Shown here one piece after another: positions 50,960 to 64,000 of a DNA stretch of 64,000 bases. Within the stretch, counting starts at the first letter, position 1. Each line of letters begins with the position of its first letter. The translations under genes were made by a program, and so were the position numbers. Source of the DNA: Phoronis australis (Eukaryota; Animalia; Phoronida); NCBI GenBank assembly GCA_002633005.1, contig NMRA01000035.1, positions 1,145,059 through 1,209,058 of the forward strand, given 5' to 3'. The notes below the pieces were generated by a model. That model was not told the origin of the DNA, did no database searches, and saw nothing but the letters and a program-made list of their open reading frames with translations.

Positions 50960-53900
50960 CACCCCGGCCAACCCGCGATCGAGAACGCCCGGAAGGCGAT
51001 CGAGAACGAGACCTTACACCAAAATGGCAGACGACAGTGAAGTACCCGGTGAGTTTAAGTGTCATTTTCTTCTTAAATAGAGGCTACTTTGGTACCAATG
51101 CGACACATCGAAAAGCGTCAGAGCTTAGCCTTTGTTATGGATCTGAAAAAATACTTGGCTTTTGCTACTTTTTGAAATAGAGAAAGGCAGAATGTAATGG
51201 CTTTCGGTAAAATGACTTGCGTCTCGTAAACTCGTCAATTTCTACTTGTTATTAGCAATTCCTGGGTTCTTCAGTGGACACGTGCGACGTTTATAATTAA
51301 ATCGTCCCTGGTGACACCTTTGTTAGTTATAATTTGTGAAACAAGTTGAGCTATCTACCGATACAAGCAGGTCCTTGTGTGAGACGGCGATCGGGAACGA
51401 AGCTGTTAATTCTCCATGGCGATCGTGAATGCAAAAAATGCGATCGCGAACGCACGTTTTTTCTGTGCATTTTCCTGAATAATTGTTCAAGTTACGGTGT
51501 TTTATACCACAATATTAGCGCCAAATGGCAGATACAACCGTGTAATAACCCATAAAGTTATCTCACTAGTGAGATAACGATTTGGCGGGAAACCGAGGAC
51601 GGAGTCGAACCCGGGACCTTGAGTTTGCTGGTCGCCGACCTTAAGCACTACACCACGTAGCGGCTGAGTGAAAATAGAATACTTAAATGAGCACGCGCAA
51701 TAATCGCACGTTCAACAAACCGCATTGTACTGTACGTATACGCTACGAAAAATAAGACACATAATTTCCATAAAAATGACATCTTAATTCAATGAAATAT
51801 TTCTCTCATGTCCTCTTACTTGTAAATCACCGATCTCCAGTTTGAATGCGGGTATCGTGTCGTCAGGATCTTTGGCTTGAGAATTATATTCAGTTACCAG
51901 TGGTAACCTACTTTAGCAGACGATAATTTCCCGGTCAAAGCTTAGCGTGAAAAAAACGTGTTTTAAGCTATAATAGTTGGTAAACCTTAATTTATAAATT
52001 CAGTTTATTTCTATTATATTTAAGTTTTCAATTGGTTTTGAGTAAAAGCATTATTTGACAAAAATAGCCCGGCTTTTCTTAAAAGGTCACGACCTCCGAC
52101 TCCGGGCCTCTGACCTAGAAAGTAGTTACAAAGCCGTGGAGAGTCTATATATATCAATAATTTTAGAATAATACGACCATGAATTAGTTGACAGGTCAAT
52201 TGTTTGTTATACTTTCACCGTTTTTTATGATTTCTGTATGAGATTTAGCCTCACAAATATGATTAAATGCGTTTGATTTTTCAGTTGAACTGTAGCCGCT
52301 TGAGGAGTCCTTCAGAGTGTTAACATACACGCCTTCAAAAAAGAGTACCGGTACCACAGCTGCTGCATGTGACAAAGGGCTGTGTATGCATATATGTTGT
52401 GGAGCTTCGTTCCTTTTTTGTATAACCACATGACAATAAAACACTGTCACTCACTATCTGCAAGCAAGACCTTTACCAGCCCCGTGTTGCATGGGGAAGG
52501 ATTTTTTTGCCGCATAAGAAAACACAATATGAAGCATAGTGCTCAGGAACCAAGTTGATTCAGTGCCCTATCTGCGATCAATGTTTCACGGAAAAAGTAA
52601 GCCTGAGGACACTCCTTGTTGTAAGTTGTGAATGGGTCATGCAAAGAGTATGCCTCCTTCTACAGACATGAGAATCAGACTCACCGTGAATCAAATTATT
52701 CAGTCCAGTAGTGAAAGTTGTTAATTCACGAAACTTTATTCAGATTTACAGAATTTATGGTTGGTAGTTGCCTGGTGTGATAGTATTTTGACGTTTTGTT
52801 TTGAACCTTTTTCCTATTTGTGTTATTTCAGCAGCATCTTTAACAGTTACAGAACCAGTGCATTTTTGTTGTGGAAGGGTACATTTTAATGGTCACTCTA
52901 TGTGTCATTGGGTGATTCTTACATACAATTGTTAAGACCAATTAATATTTTAAAAGAAAACTATATCTCTGCCATAACTGTAGAAACTGTTTTCATATTG
53001 TTGTTGATACCCTGTGAGAGAATTTTATACTATGAACCGGTCCGAAATAGATTGTCTATAATTCAGTGATGATTTAGTCCAATACACTCCAAAAATAATT
53101 CGCAGGAAATGTACACTGGATGTGTTATGTTGATTTCTCTAAAGCAATGTTTCATATCTTTCTTTTCCGTATGACCAATTTTGAGGTATGTGTGATAAAA
53201 GATTAATAACATTATAGACATGCTTTAATATTGTTGTTGATTTCCTGTGTAATCACTACATTGTGTCTTGAAGTGATGTTAAAGACAACATTTTAACTAG
53301 AACGTTTTTGAGAAAATCACAATATAGTAGGTGTATTATATCTTGCCTCATCCTTTTTCAATGTCACGTTAAACTGGAGATCATGAACTGAAGATGCACT
53401 CAGGACCAATACTACAAAACAGAAGAGTCAAACATATGTTGCATATCCAAGCCACACAAGTGCCACAAGTCAATCTGTTAATCTCTGTATCGATAATATC
53501 AGTAAAACATCCAACAAAATATCACCCGTTTTATCAGCAAAACAGTTAACACTATTTCTGGCATTTTTTTAAATCCCAGACGTTCATGAGCGGTAATCTT
53601 TGAATCACCTCACGAATGGTGTTGCCGCACTTTATTCGCTCCCCACAGGCACGCTCATCATCATTCTTTAACTTCACTGGCGTACAATCTTGCAAGAAGA
53701 AATTTAGGGGGCATGGCCCCCTTGACCCCCCTCCTAAATCCGCTTCTGCTTTCATCTGCATCAACAATTTGTATACTCCTGGCTTACACGCCACATTGAA
53801 AAATTGCTGGGTGAGTCTTAGTTTAGAACCCTTTGTTCCACTTGGTTTCGTCTAAAAGTATGTCTGTATTTCAAAACCCAGATAGGGTGTACTTTCACGC

Positions 53901-54660
53901 ACTGATCAATCTGTTCGTTGAAGCTCGTCTCAATAATAACAGTGAACGTGTTTCCTGAAATGAAAATAAATTCATTTGTGAAAATATCTATAATTAAAAT
54001 AGGGCTTGATGTACATGAAGTCGCTCATTTTAATTTAATGGCAATGCTGTGATACTGTTTAGTTTGGAAACGAAAGTAACAGTAATGACTCAAAATGTGA
54101 TTAATTCATTGCACCACACTTATTTTATAACCCTTTTCACGTTTTATAAGTAAAAAGTTCATAACTGTTCGGCACACCACGATGCGTTCTCGATCGCATA
54201 AACAAAACAAAAATTTGCGTTTCCGATCGCTTATCTTTGCGTTCTCGATCGCATCATTCAACGGAAAAGTGTCGAAAAATCAGAGATCCTGACAAAACTA
54301 CGAAAAACAAGCGTTGTGTTATATTTTCACAAGTCACTTCTTCATAACTTCATGGTCAATTTATTGATTTAGTGCCAAAAATAACCGCAATTTGCCAAAA
54401 TGACATACAAATCCCCTTTGACTCAAGCGATGCCTCGTTCAACGTAACTTATCTCCAATAATTGAAACAGACACCAGCCCAAACCTCTACCTGCCCTTCC
54501 TCAATGTGTTACGCCTTGAACTCATGTCTCTGTTTTCACACTGGAAGTAAAAACAACGTAAATTCATCAAATTTACTCACCTTGCCTGGTTTCGCTTCTC
54601 GCAACCGGTTTCGTTCTCGATCGCTTTCCGGTCGTTCTCGATCGCGGGTTGGCCGGCGTG
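50960..54660. mobile_element. 3.7-kb DNA transposon derivative with ~54-bp TIRs, CAC...GTG ends and a 5-bp TSD
   Basis: Left CACCCCGGCCAACCCGCGATCGAGAACGCCCGGAAGGCGATCGAGAACGAGACC; right (reverse complement) CACGCCGGCCAACCCGCGATCGAGAACGACCGGAAAGCGATCGAGAACGAAACC. TACTA lies at 50955-50959 and 54661-54665. Confidence 0.88.
51585..51666 (-). mobile_element. tRNA-like SINE head
   Basis: The reverse complement has TGGTGTAGTGC (A-box-like) and GGTTCGACTCC (B box), but no clean cloverleaf. Confidence 0.55.
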
Positions 54661-55946
54661 TACTAGTGATAGCGACACTCTTATGTCGGAAGTGACTGTG
54701 TAATGTACGCAACAAGCGTTTTTGTGCGGTTTTTGAAACAAACATAAAAATCTAAAAATTGTGCAGTTCTTTGAAATAAACAGGCCCTTTTAATGCACAT
54801 AGCTTTAATTTGCGGTATCTCATTGGTAACAATATTATTCGTCGACACTCATTTCGTATACACAATAAGCAAACAGAATCATGTGTCGTGTCATTTGAGT
54901 GAGTGCAGTGCCCAAAAATAGTGTCGTGTCAAAATAAATACAATTTTATATGAAAGCATATTACATGCGTATTTTAGAACAATCTAACAGATTTTCATAA
55001 CCTGCAGAGTTGCCGAAAATACACAATGACCGTACTTATGTCCATTTCCAAAATCCCCAGTACCAAGTACCAATCTTGCCCCTCTTTATCATACAAAAAC
55101 GTTTACAATTTGTTGAGTAATGCTAGCCAAACTTCATCAAGTATATCCTTCCCGGCTTCTGAGTTTTAAAACGGAACATATGACAAGCGAATTTCTGAAT
55201 GACATGGCATAAACAAGGTTGAAAGGGTAAGGATAAAAAAACGTATTCAGTATTGCAACTCAGCTTTTTGATACGTGTGTGGCTTTGATGCCCTGGCGAT
55301 GATTTGTCATTCCCGCAAGCATGACAAAGCACATTTCTTTGTACACGTATTAGAAGCAGTGTTAGCGATCCCAATCACACTCGTGTCACAGAAACGCGAC
55401 AGAGCAAGCAAGGTAAGGTTCAGTCCGAATGTTTCTGCAAAGTTGTGTCTTGCATTAGTTTCTGAGGTGTCAATATTCACCGACTCAATCAACGATTGTC
55501 CTTAGAATATTTGGCCTCGCTCGGTCATTAAAAAACAAGTTTATTTGAGCTAGATGCAGCTGGGTCAACGTTATCGGGCACAACAGTACGCATGATAGAG
55601 GAAAATGGGTCAACGCTCACCATGTAATGTCGAAGGCTAGTCAGTTCAATAGCGTCCCCGTCTTGAGTGATCATACCGTCTATAGCAATGAATACGTATG
55701 CTACATATGTAATTATGGGCGGAGCAGCACTGAAAAAGTGGAGGGGGAGGGGGCTACAGCCCCCAGCTCCCTATGGTGTGCGCTGCCCATGGACAGGTTT
55801 TGGTTATAAAATGAGTTTTACAATAAATGTGTGCATGGTAAATTTTACTGGTGAAATGGCAAACAATTGTTCTTTTAGGTTGCCTCTGTAGATCTCCGAT
55901 GTTTTAACGATTTCGAATAGACAGTAATTTAAGCGTTGAAAATATG

Positions 55947-56022
55947 TGACTCATTTGACAAGTGAGCAAACGAATCACAAAGAAAGAGTAGACTATTTTA
56001 AGAAGAGAGCGCAGTTACCGAG
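55947..56022 (+). promoter_or_regulatory. Candidate GST promoter and non-coding first exon with an AP-1 site
   Basis: TGACTCA at 55947-55953 and a donor GAG|GTAAAT at 56022. The GST ATG exon begins with an acceptor at 57214, so an upstream UTR exon is expected. Confidence 0.3.
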
Positions 56023-57228
56023 GTAAATGTGCTGTTTGTATGCTTTTGCGTTTATCTTGGCCGATCAAGGCACTATGCTATTTTGATCAGTGCGTGCCTT
56101 GATCAGAATCACAGTTTTATCGCAGTGTACGTGCGTCGGCGAACGTAAGTTTAGCTTTTTTAGGATTATTTTAGAACTAAGATGACCCTAGAATGCAATA
56201 CAACGTGTAGTCTTATCGGATGGCGATAAACGTATTGACAGTAATACATGTTATTTCCATCATTGCTATGAATGTCTGAATCTATTGTGAGTAGGCCTAC
56301 GGGAGTATCAAAAACAGCTTTAAATATTACACGAATTTGTCATTTACACTGACTTCTACATCTGCTAACGTAAGCGAGGTCAAGATACCTCGGACTCCAC
56401 TGTGTGCAAGGCTAAGACGGAGTTAATCGAACGTTCCGAGCACGGTCATAAAAAGTAATAAACAAGTCTGCCTATCCAAAGTATATCAAAAGTATAGGGG
56501 GCAAGAGAAAGAGTCAAAACGATTGCAAAGCAAGAGGCTCTCTTCAGAAGAAGACCCTCACCAGCGTTTCGAATTATGAAACTGTTTTTTGAAAATTATA
56601 CACTTTCAAGAACTAAAGGTTTCCACAAATATGTGGAACATAAAAATTATATGCGAAATCAGTGTTCAAATCATAAAAATCAGTTCACCATCACTGAGTT
56701 TACCCTGCTTGACTGACAAGGACAACAGTCCACGCTTAATTATCTTTCCCTGAAGTGCTACAAACAGCACAAAAGATACGGGAATGAGCTGCCAGGAGTC
56801 CCTGGATAATGAGTCGATCCAAGGAGTGTTTAATGTAATTTGTGACGTGACGTTAGTAACTGTACGTTTATTGTTATGCGTATTTAGTTGTTATTGTTCA
56901 TTTATTCTAATGCCAATGTACTTGACGCGTCTCAGTGAGCCTTTGTTGCGTGGGCATGCAGGCGCGACTGTATGTGTCGTGCACTTCGATAGCGACAGGC
57001 TCCAGAGAAGGGTGTGTTTCCTTCCTTCTTTGGCAACTATAGATTGAGCGTATGTAATTTCGAACCGAACTTTAATGTACATGTATGTGTAAGGTGAAAT
57101 ACACATTTTGGTGTTCTTTGGAGATTTCATCTGTTACAAATTGACAAATTCATGTCGTGAAACCGCTATCTTACTTTTGACGTGTAAAGACCTTTTCATT
57201 TCACTTTCTTACAGTTCCAAACTTAAAA

Positions 57229-59753
57229 ATGCCGAAATACGAGCTCATGTACTTCAACGGGCGGGGACGTGCCGAAACCGCCAGATACCTGTTTGCCCTT
57301 GCTGGTGTTGAATACACAGACAAGCGAGTTGGAGGCGAGGAGTTTCAAAAAATGAAACCGGGTAAGTTAAAACAGCTGCAAACACGCCTTCCACCACAGA
57401 AAGTAGATTTTTGGTTTAGGCCTTTTAACCGCTATGAGATTTGTGTCGAGTTGTTCCATAGTCAAAATGGGCGTGTTTTCAGGGCCTTGAAAGAACGGAT
57501 CATAGACATCACAGTATAAGTGTAACGGACAGTTCGATATTGATCGGTTTCTTCCTATGGTTATTTTATCACGGCGTGTCAGTTCATGAGCCCAACATGA
57601 TCTCAACGATCTGCCTGTTCTTTGCAAAGCCACACTAACTCCTCATCTTAGTAAGGAACATGTGAGACATATTTTATATGTGCTCACCCATGGGAGGCTC
57701 GGGGGACTCGAACGACCCCCCATTTGGCGAAGTTGGCCGAAAAGTCCGTCTCTGAGAAATACTGAAAAACTCCGAAAATATAGAAAACCAGACAAAATTC
57801 CATTGAAAAGGCAGGACCTACCAAAATTCGGCGAATGCTCAATTCATAGCTCTGAACGTAGGCTACCCCGTGAAACTTAGTAAAAGGTCCACATTCTCAA
57901 AAATTCGAGCCCCCACTTTTTAGGCTGGGAACGCGCATATTTTACAGCGGTAAGTGGTTTCAATCAAAAGTTTGCTCACTGGACAGAACTGAAACGCCTC
58001 CTCACTGCTGTGGTTCGAAACGGGCCGTCTTTGCCTTTAGCCTTCTTCAGAAGACTTTGTAGTGCGTTTTCAAATTTCTTCCTTTTTTCCCATATAAGTG
58101 CACAGGGAGATAACTCCTCCGTGATGTGTACATTTATAGTCAACTACCTGGGGTTATACTTGACTGAAACAACCCTGTGTTGATGCTTCACCTATCTGCA
58201 GTCTCATGACATCGACTACTTGTTATGTCGTCATATTCATGCAGGAAAAAAACTAGGCAAAGCGCTGTTATTGGCCAAAACGAAAATGTGATTGACAGTA
58301 TACAGGACAATTAGGAGTTTCTAAAATGAAATCATTACAAAAATACGGAATAATAATGTTCTTTCATAGTAATACTATGGCAGCCACTATGTTGGGCAAT
58401 TATTATAATATAACAAGTTTTAGTAGTTTCCATCAAAGAACTTAATCGAGTCATCTTTTCAAAAATTATTGTTTTATTGCAGATTTGTTGTTCAGTGGGT
58501 TTCCCGAACTGAAAGTAGACGACTTTCGCTTATGTCAAAGTGGGACAATAGGCAGATACCTGGCCACGGAATTTGGTGAGTACTTATATTAAATGGTCTT
58601 TGAAAATACTGTCTGAAACTCAAATAATATTTCAGTGACGTTTGCCTTGACATAATGACCTACTGGTCGTTTAGGCAGTACCCTTAATAATTTATTCTCC
58701 GTTTCTTTCAAATGTAAGATTGATGCATTCTACTTTCAGGCCTGATGGGAAGCTCCAAGAAAGAGCAGTTTACCATTGACATGATAACGGGGTGTCTTGA
58801 TGACATCACTTCCCCTTTGATAACCATAGTTCATGAAAAAGAGGAGGCAAGAAAGGTAAACCGTTTCGTTATCATCCTGAATACACGTCCTTATAAATCA
58901 TGATGTGTGCAAGAAAATTATTCAATTAAAAAGAAATATGGTTGCAAAGTATTGTAGTATACCTTCGTTTTGTAGGCGGATTTAATGGCGAAATACGTGG
59001 AAAAGTTACCAGCGCTGCTGTCAAAGTTGGAAAAAATGCTTTCAGCAAATAATGGTGGCAATGGTTGGTTCGTTGGAAATAAGGTATTTTGTTAGATTTG
59101 TTTTATATTCTCTGCATTCGCTGGTCGCAAAACAAATACATAGCTCACTTACTGCGAAAATAACGAGATTACGCTAGACTATGCAAAATCTCACGAGTGC
59201 TTACGAGTATGCTCGAGACCTTCATAACATAACCAACAAAATGGCGGCCACTGAAGTGATTGGAATGTTGAATTATGGGGTAACATTCAGGAGTTATGGG
59301 ATATAATTCAATGTCTCCGTTCCATTAACAAAATTTTATCGCCACTATTGCATGGATAAACGGAACTGAGCCAAATGCACTTTTCAAAACCTCAAGCGAT
59401 GCAAAAGTGACCTAATGGAGTTCTACGGTGACCGAATATTAGCTTGAATGTTCTGGAAAATTGCCCTTTGACGTTAAAAGTTCTTGAGAAACTGTTTCTT
59501 AATTAAATTAAGTAGTAATTTATTCTACAACCGATCAGTTGTGACCTGGAACCCAAGAAAAATATAATTTTTATCGGTGCTTTTTTAGCCATCGCTTGCC
59601 GACGCACACGTCGTCAATGGCCTGTCCTGGCTGAAGGGCCCTCCAGAGGAAGAACTCAAGAAATTCACAAAGCTCACAGCCCATATGCAGCGCTTCTACG
59701 CGGAGCCAAAGATTGCTGAGTGGATTAAAAAGAGACCTGAGTCCACTTTTTAA
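57229..59753 (+). CDS. Glutathione S-transferase, sigma-class-like, 204 aa
   Basis: Exons 57229-57361, 58483-58575, 58740-58855, 58976-59083 and 59589-59753 (615 nt, GT-AG, in phase). Motifs: [44 protein letters not shown]. Confidence 0.95.
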
Positions 59754-60452
59754 ACATTCTTAAAACTATTGGGTTTAATGTGTTGTTTTATTTTTTGTAG
59801 GAACAATTTGACATAATTTCATTCATTAAATATTTTGTTGAACTAGAATGTTTACTTATTTTTTATTGTTAGGGTTAGAGTTTACATCAATCTTTGGACG
59901 TTCGTTGCTTACCAACACGCTTCTGTACTGAGAAAGCTGTGCTCATGAACAGAGATTACACGTTCAAAATGCACATGTTCTATCCGGTAGGCATAGAGTG
60001 TTGAGACGCAGGGTTTCCTTTAAGCTTGTTTTGTTCAAAGCTACACCTTCATTCTGCACAAGATCTATCACGAACACATCGATTATTTGAAGTAAAATTA
60101 GTTAAAGAACCAACAATCCAGTTCGGATCTGTTTATTTATTTCTTTTTTAATTTTACATAATAAAACACCTGCGGTAGTCTTAAATGAAAGCTACAAGTA
60201 ACGTGGATTATAGCCGTTTATAAGCTCACTTTTTACGTAAATGATCGATACACAGCTAAATCGGCCTGCCAATTTTACCAGTAGTGAAGAAGGTGATAAC
60301 ATACACTCTCTCAGTGCTACGAAAGGTAGCACTGTCGAATGTTGTTTAACATGGCTTCTCATTGGTTAAAGTAATGCAACCGACGGTCATAACATTCAGT
60401 CATTCCCATTGGTTGAAATCTGGGAAATCCTTTCAGTTTACTGTAACGTAGT

Positions 60453-60601
60453 ATGGCGACCACCTTTGCAATTTATTAAAACGGGCAGTGATCGAAGTAA
60501 ACAAAATCAAAGGAACCACGATCCAGTGGATTAAGTCCAAACAAGTACACTGCATAAAGGCTTGTGCAGGTGGTGGCGATGTGATCGGTATACTTCCGAC
60601 C
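60453..60601 (+). pseudogene. Truncated RecQ-like helicase N-terminus (possible AcademH remnant)
   Basis: IKSKQVHCIKACAGGGDVIGILPT resembles the RecQ Q-motif-to-motif-I segment and breaks off where GxGKS should follow. Confidence 0.45.
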
Positions 60602-63600
60602 AAGGCATGCGCATTGATGCCCACACACGGAATTCCGTGTGTCGTTCATCATATTGCTACAGGGCCACTTTTCAGTATAGGTAGCGCTGTGTCAGAGGGT
60701 AGTGATAACACTGTTCCTTCGCAGCGCCCTCGCGTGACCAGATTGTCTCTCCAAATGTCAACCTCATGACACGGGGAACTTATGGTATGGAGGCACTGTG
60801 CCTGGTCGAATTAATTAATCGTCCCGTGTTAACAAGTCATGGGGGTGTTGCTTCTGTTGAACTTTTCTACAAGCCATGCAAATGACACCTTTGCTAAATT
60901 GTTGAGTGGACTGACTGCAACGCATAATGGGTTCCAATCTGACTTCAGCCAGCAGGTACGCAGTTATCAGTTCAAAAAGCAACGTTTTCTCTTAGCCTTT
61001 AGTGGGTAAAACACCGGCCAGTTTTACAGCCATCTTCGACGCATACCTTCACGCAGTTATAAGAAAACATCACCCTTACACACCCTGTCACAGCTCACTT
61101 CAACAGTACACATTTCATAAATTCTTTGTTCGCCAGCTCACTTCCTTTTGTTTCATTTTAGTGACAAACGTAACTGAGTTTGAAGATTTCGGATCTCGGA
61201 TATTAACCAATCAAAAATTTGTATGCGGCTACGTCATAGTCTCGCTGGTTCCCTGCATGAACACGCAGGTATCATTCAGTAGCACGCGCTTTATCAATGC
61301 TTGCTGTAACCTCGGCAGTCATTGGTTAGCTTTACAACAAAGAAAAAAATGTCGGACTATGAACAATTTTTAACCTTGTCATGCAAGTGGCAGAAACTAT
61401 TTCGTTTCTGCAGTAATGTTTAATAGCTGCGTGCTTAAAGCAGGCATACAAGTACAATAAACACACATTTGATCGACGTCACCAGTCTATTATTCATACC
61501 GTGTGAGCAACCTAAACAAAAGTCGGCGACAGTAGAAAGATGCACTCCGAAAAGGCGCAACCCCAGTTTTCTGGGATTCACATTTCTTGAACATGAATTA
61601 AGCATCAATTTGTCTGTAGAACACACCACATTTACACACCCTCCATCAATCATGTCAGTTTCTTTGCGTAAAGTGCTACATGTTGAGAATTCGACCAGCC
61701 AATTAGAAACACCGGTGTAAAAAATTTCCCGAAGAAAATTAAATGATACCTGCTTGCTCTCTACCACCGTCATAGTCTTTGCAAAGAGCCAATGAGAGAC
61801 TGCGTTGGACTTAACATTAAAAATGCTTCTGCTTGAACCAAGGCATGATGGTCAATGTAGGCAGCAGTAAAAGATGCACACAGATAAGCCAAACGTTCAC
61901 AAATATTTGACTCGTGACCTTTCTATAAATAAGTATTTACACTAGTAACAAACACGGTACAAGCTGACACACCGTGGAACAGAACTGACAATGCCGTGGT
62001 GTTATCGAAAAACGAGAAGTCAGAAAGCGAAAGATATCAGTAGTAGATGAAAATATCAATATTTTCGACACAAGTCTCCTCCCAGTGCCATTTCACCAAA
62101 AGCGCATCAACCGAAGACATTATATCGTGATCTGAGAAACGATGTGAAAATGAACCAATCAAATTTAGTCGTTTTCAACTTATTCTTGTTTGGAGACCTC
62201 TAAGGAGGCGACCATAGAAACTCGGGTCAGTCCATTTTTCAACAAAGTTCACGACACAGAGTCAATTTTAAACCCGCAGTGCACATGACGCGCGTTACTC
62301 ATTTAGGACATGTTTTTGGTCTTCAGGGGGCATTTTAAAGAAATTCCAGTTATTAGGGCACTAAAAAGATGTGCTCGCAAACTCACGCTTGAGGAAGTTT
62401 AAGGTAACATAAGAAAATCTTTATTGAGATTGCCAAAAGTCATCTCATTTGGAGACAGGAAAAGACCTTACACGATTTTCGTTTTTTAGCCATCTAAACA
62501 GAGCGAAATGTGGTTTTGAATATAATTAGGCTCTACTGAAATTATCTCAAACACGAAATTAACTTTGAGGTATGTATTGAGCACTGTTTAGCTAGCACAG
62601 GTGAAACTAGGGACATCCCATTTCACACTGTCGAGTGTTTTGATTCAATTTTGTCACGCGTTAAAAAAGTACCAGTCGTGCAATAAGGGCCAGTTAGCAC
62701 ATTTTGCTCTAAATGGGTACACCGTTGCCGGGATTTGCTCCAAGCTCCCTCACTTAGACTTCTACATTGATTTTCTTCAGAAGGAGCATGTTTACGATGT
62801 TTAAAAACAAGACATATTGCTGGTCATTGTAATACCGCAGTCACTTGTGTCAACTGCGGTTAATCGTACAATACTCGAATGCATTGTAGTCACGGATGCA
62901 GAACCTCCTCCTTTGTGTAGATCAACCCTGCTAACGCATGTTATTCCTTTCGTGATAGTTATTCTATACCGTTAGTCTACGCTCAAATCACGTGTCGAAA
63001 GTTTCTGTTCTTAAAGTAACATAGTCCCAGGAATTTATGGCTATATTCTTCGCAAATAAACAAATTAAACCGCTTTTACGCCAAAAACCGCAGTTTGGGA
63101 GATTGTTTTGGGTACGATTGGTTTTTTGAAGATGTGATCTTTGGCCAGATCAGTAATACAACAAGAACTGTGGTGTCATTGCAATTTTACCTAATAGCGG
63201 ATGCCTGAATAACGGCAGCCAGTCAAAGTTACCCGAAATCGAGGTGGCGACCTCACCATTCACTTTAATTTGTGTTTCGTTTAAAATGACCGACGGAAGC
63301 ATAGTGTATTGCTGGCCAAAGTCGGCGACAAAAATTAAGCGCTAATTTACGTGAGAAAAAGAGTTGAATATCCAACTCTAAAATAACACTTGGGAACGTC
63401 ATCGTGGAGCACTGGCCTGCCGTTAGAGACGAGGTGAACATTTTCAGAAATGTCGAGCTCTGGTACACAGCCTGGCGGGATTGCATTTCTCCCCCGTGTT
63501 CCAGAGATATATTGACGTCCATGCTTACTTTTGATTGATAGTTAGCGTAAACCTGACGTTGTTCCTTTTGAAAAGCTTTTAACGTTACAAATCTGAATTT

Positions 63601-63644
63601 AAAACCGATTGAATACCGCGATTGGGAGGTCTGTGGGAGAAAAT

Positions 63645-64000
63645 TAATTGATCGCAGTGAAAGCTGTACTCCATGGGAGAGAAATCATCATCATCAACTG
63701 CCACCTGATAAAGACCTACAACTTCACATTCTTCCCCTGTCAAACCAAGACCTACTCATCTTAGGTGACTTTAATGGTCACTCACCACGCTGGGAATATA
63801 AAGACATGAAAAGAAGAGGAGAACGAACTGAAGACTTTATGATTGACAACTGTCTCATCCTCATCAACAAGCCGGACAATAAGCCAACCTGCCTGTCCCG
63901 AGCTTGGAAGACGACAAGCACTCCAGACCTTGCCATAGCCACGGAGGACATCCAGAAAACATGCAATAGGGTTGTTGCAAACCAGTTAGGAGGGAGCGAC
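63645..64000 (+). mobile_element. Non-LTR retrotransposon AP-endonuclease domain fragment, continuing past the window end
   Basis: LLILGDFNGHSPRWEY...LILINKPDNKPT...TTSTPDLAIATEDI...LGGSD; one frameshift near 63700. Confidence 0.88.

Noticed and set aside
51585-51666. tRNA gene
   Set aside because: A and B boxes are present, but the acceptor and anticodon stems do not pair properly; treated as a SINE head.

Overview
AT-rich, intron-containing animal genomic DNA, probably from a marine invertebrate (inference). It is a draft assembly with N gaps and homopolymer errors. Genes read by hand: the first coding exon of a FAF2/UBXD8-like gene (- strand, 1962-2018) lies head-to-head with a complete kynureninase gene (+, 3175-17640, 470 aa). 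Kynureninase carries two tandem, equal-length, apparently mutually exclusive versions of exon 3, which encodes the substrate-binding His segment. Next come an acidic, disordered orphan ORF with SUMO-interacting-like motifs and an NLS (25176-26750), a three-VWA-domain protein with Thr-rich linkers and one GC-AG intron (36991-45014), and a five-exon sigma-like glutathione S-transferase (57229-59753). The rest is largely transposon-derived: Penelope remnants with minimal hammerhead-like motifs, LINE fragments, hAT5-, Kolobok- and Academ-like pieces, a Helentron-like element, SINEs, and a 3.7-kb CAC...GTG element with a 5-bp TSD. All calls come from manual reading and recalled family motifs; no database searches were run.
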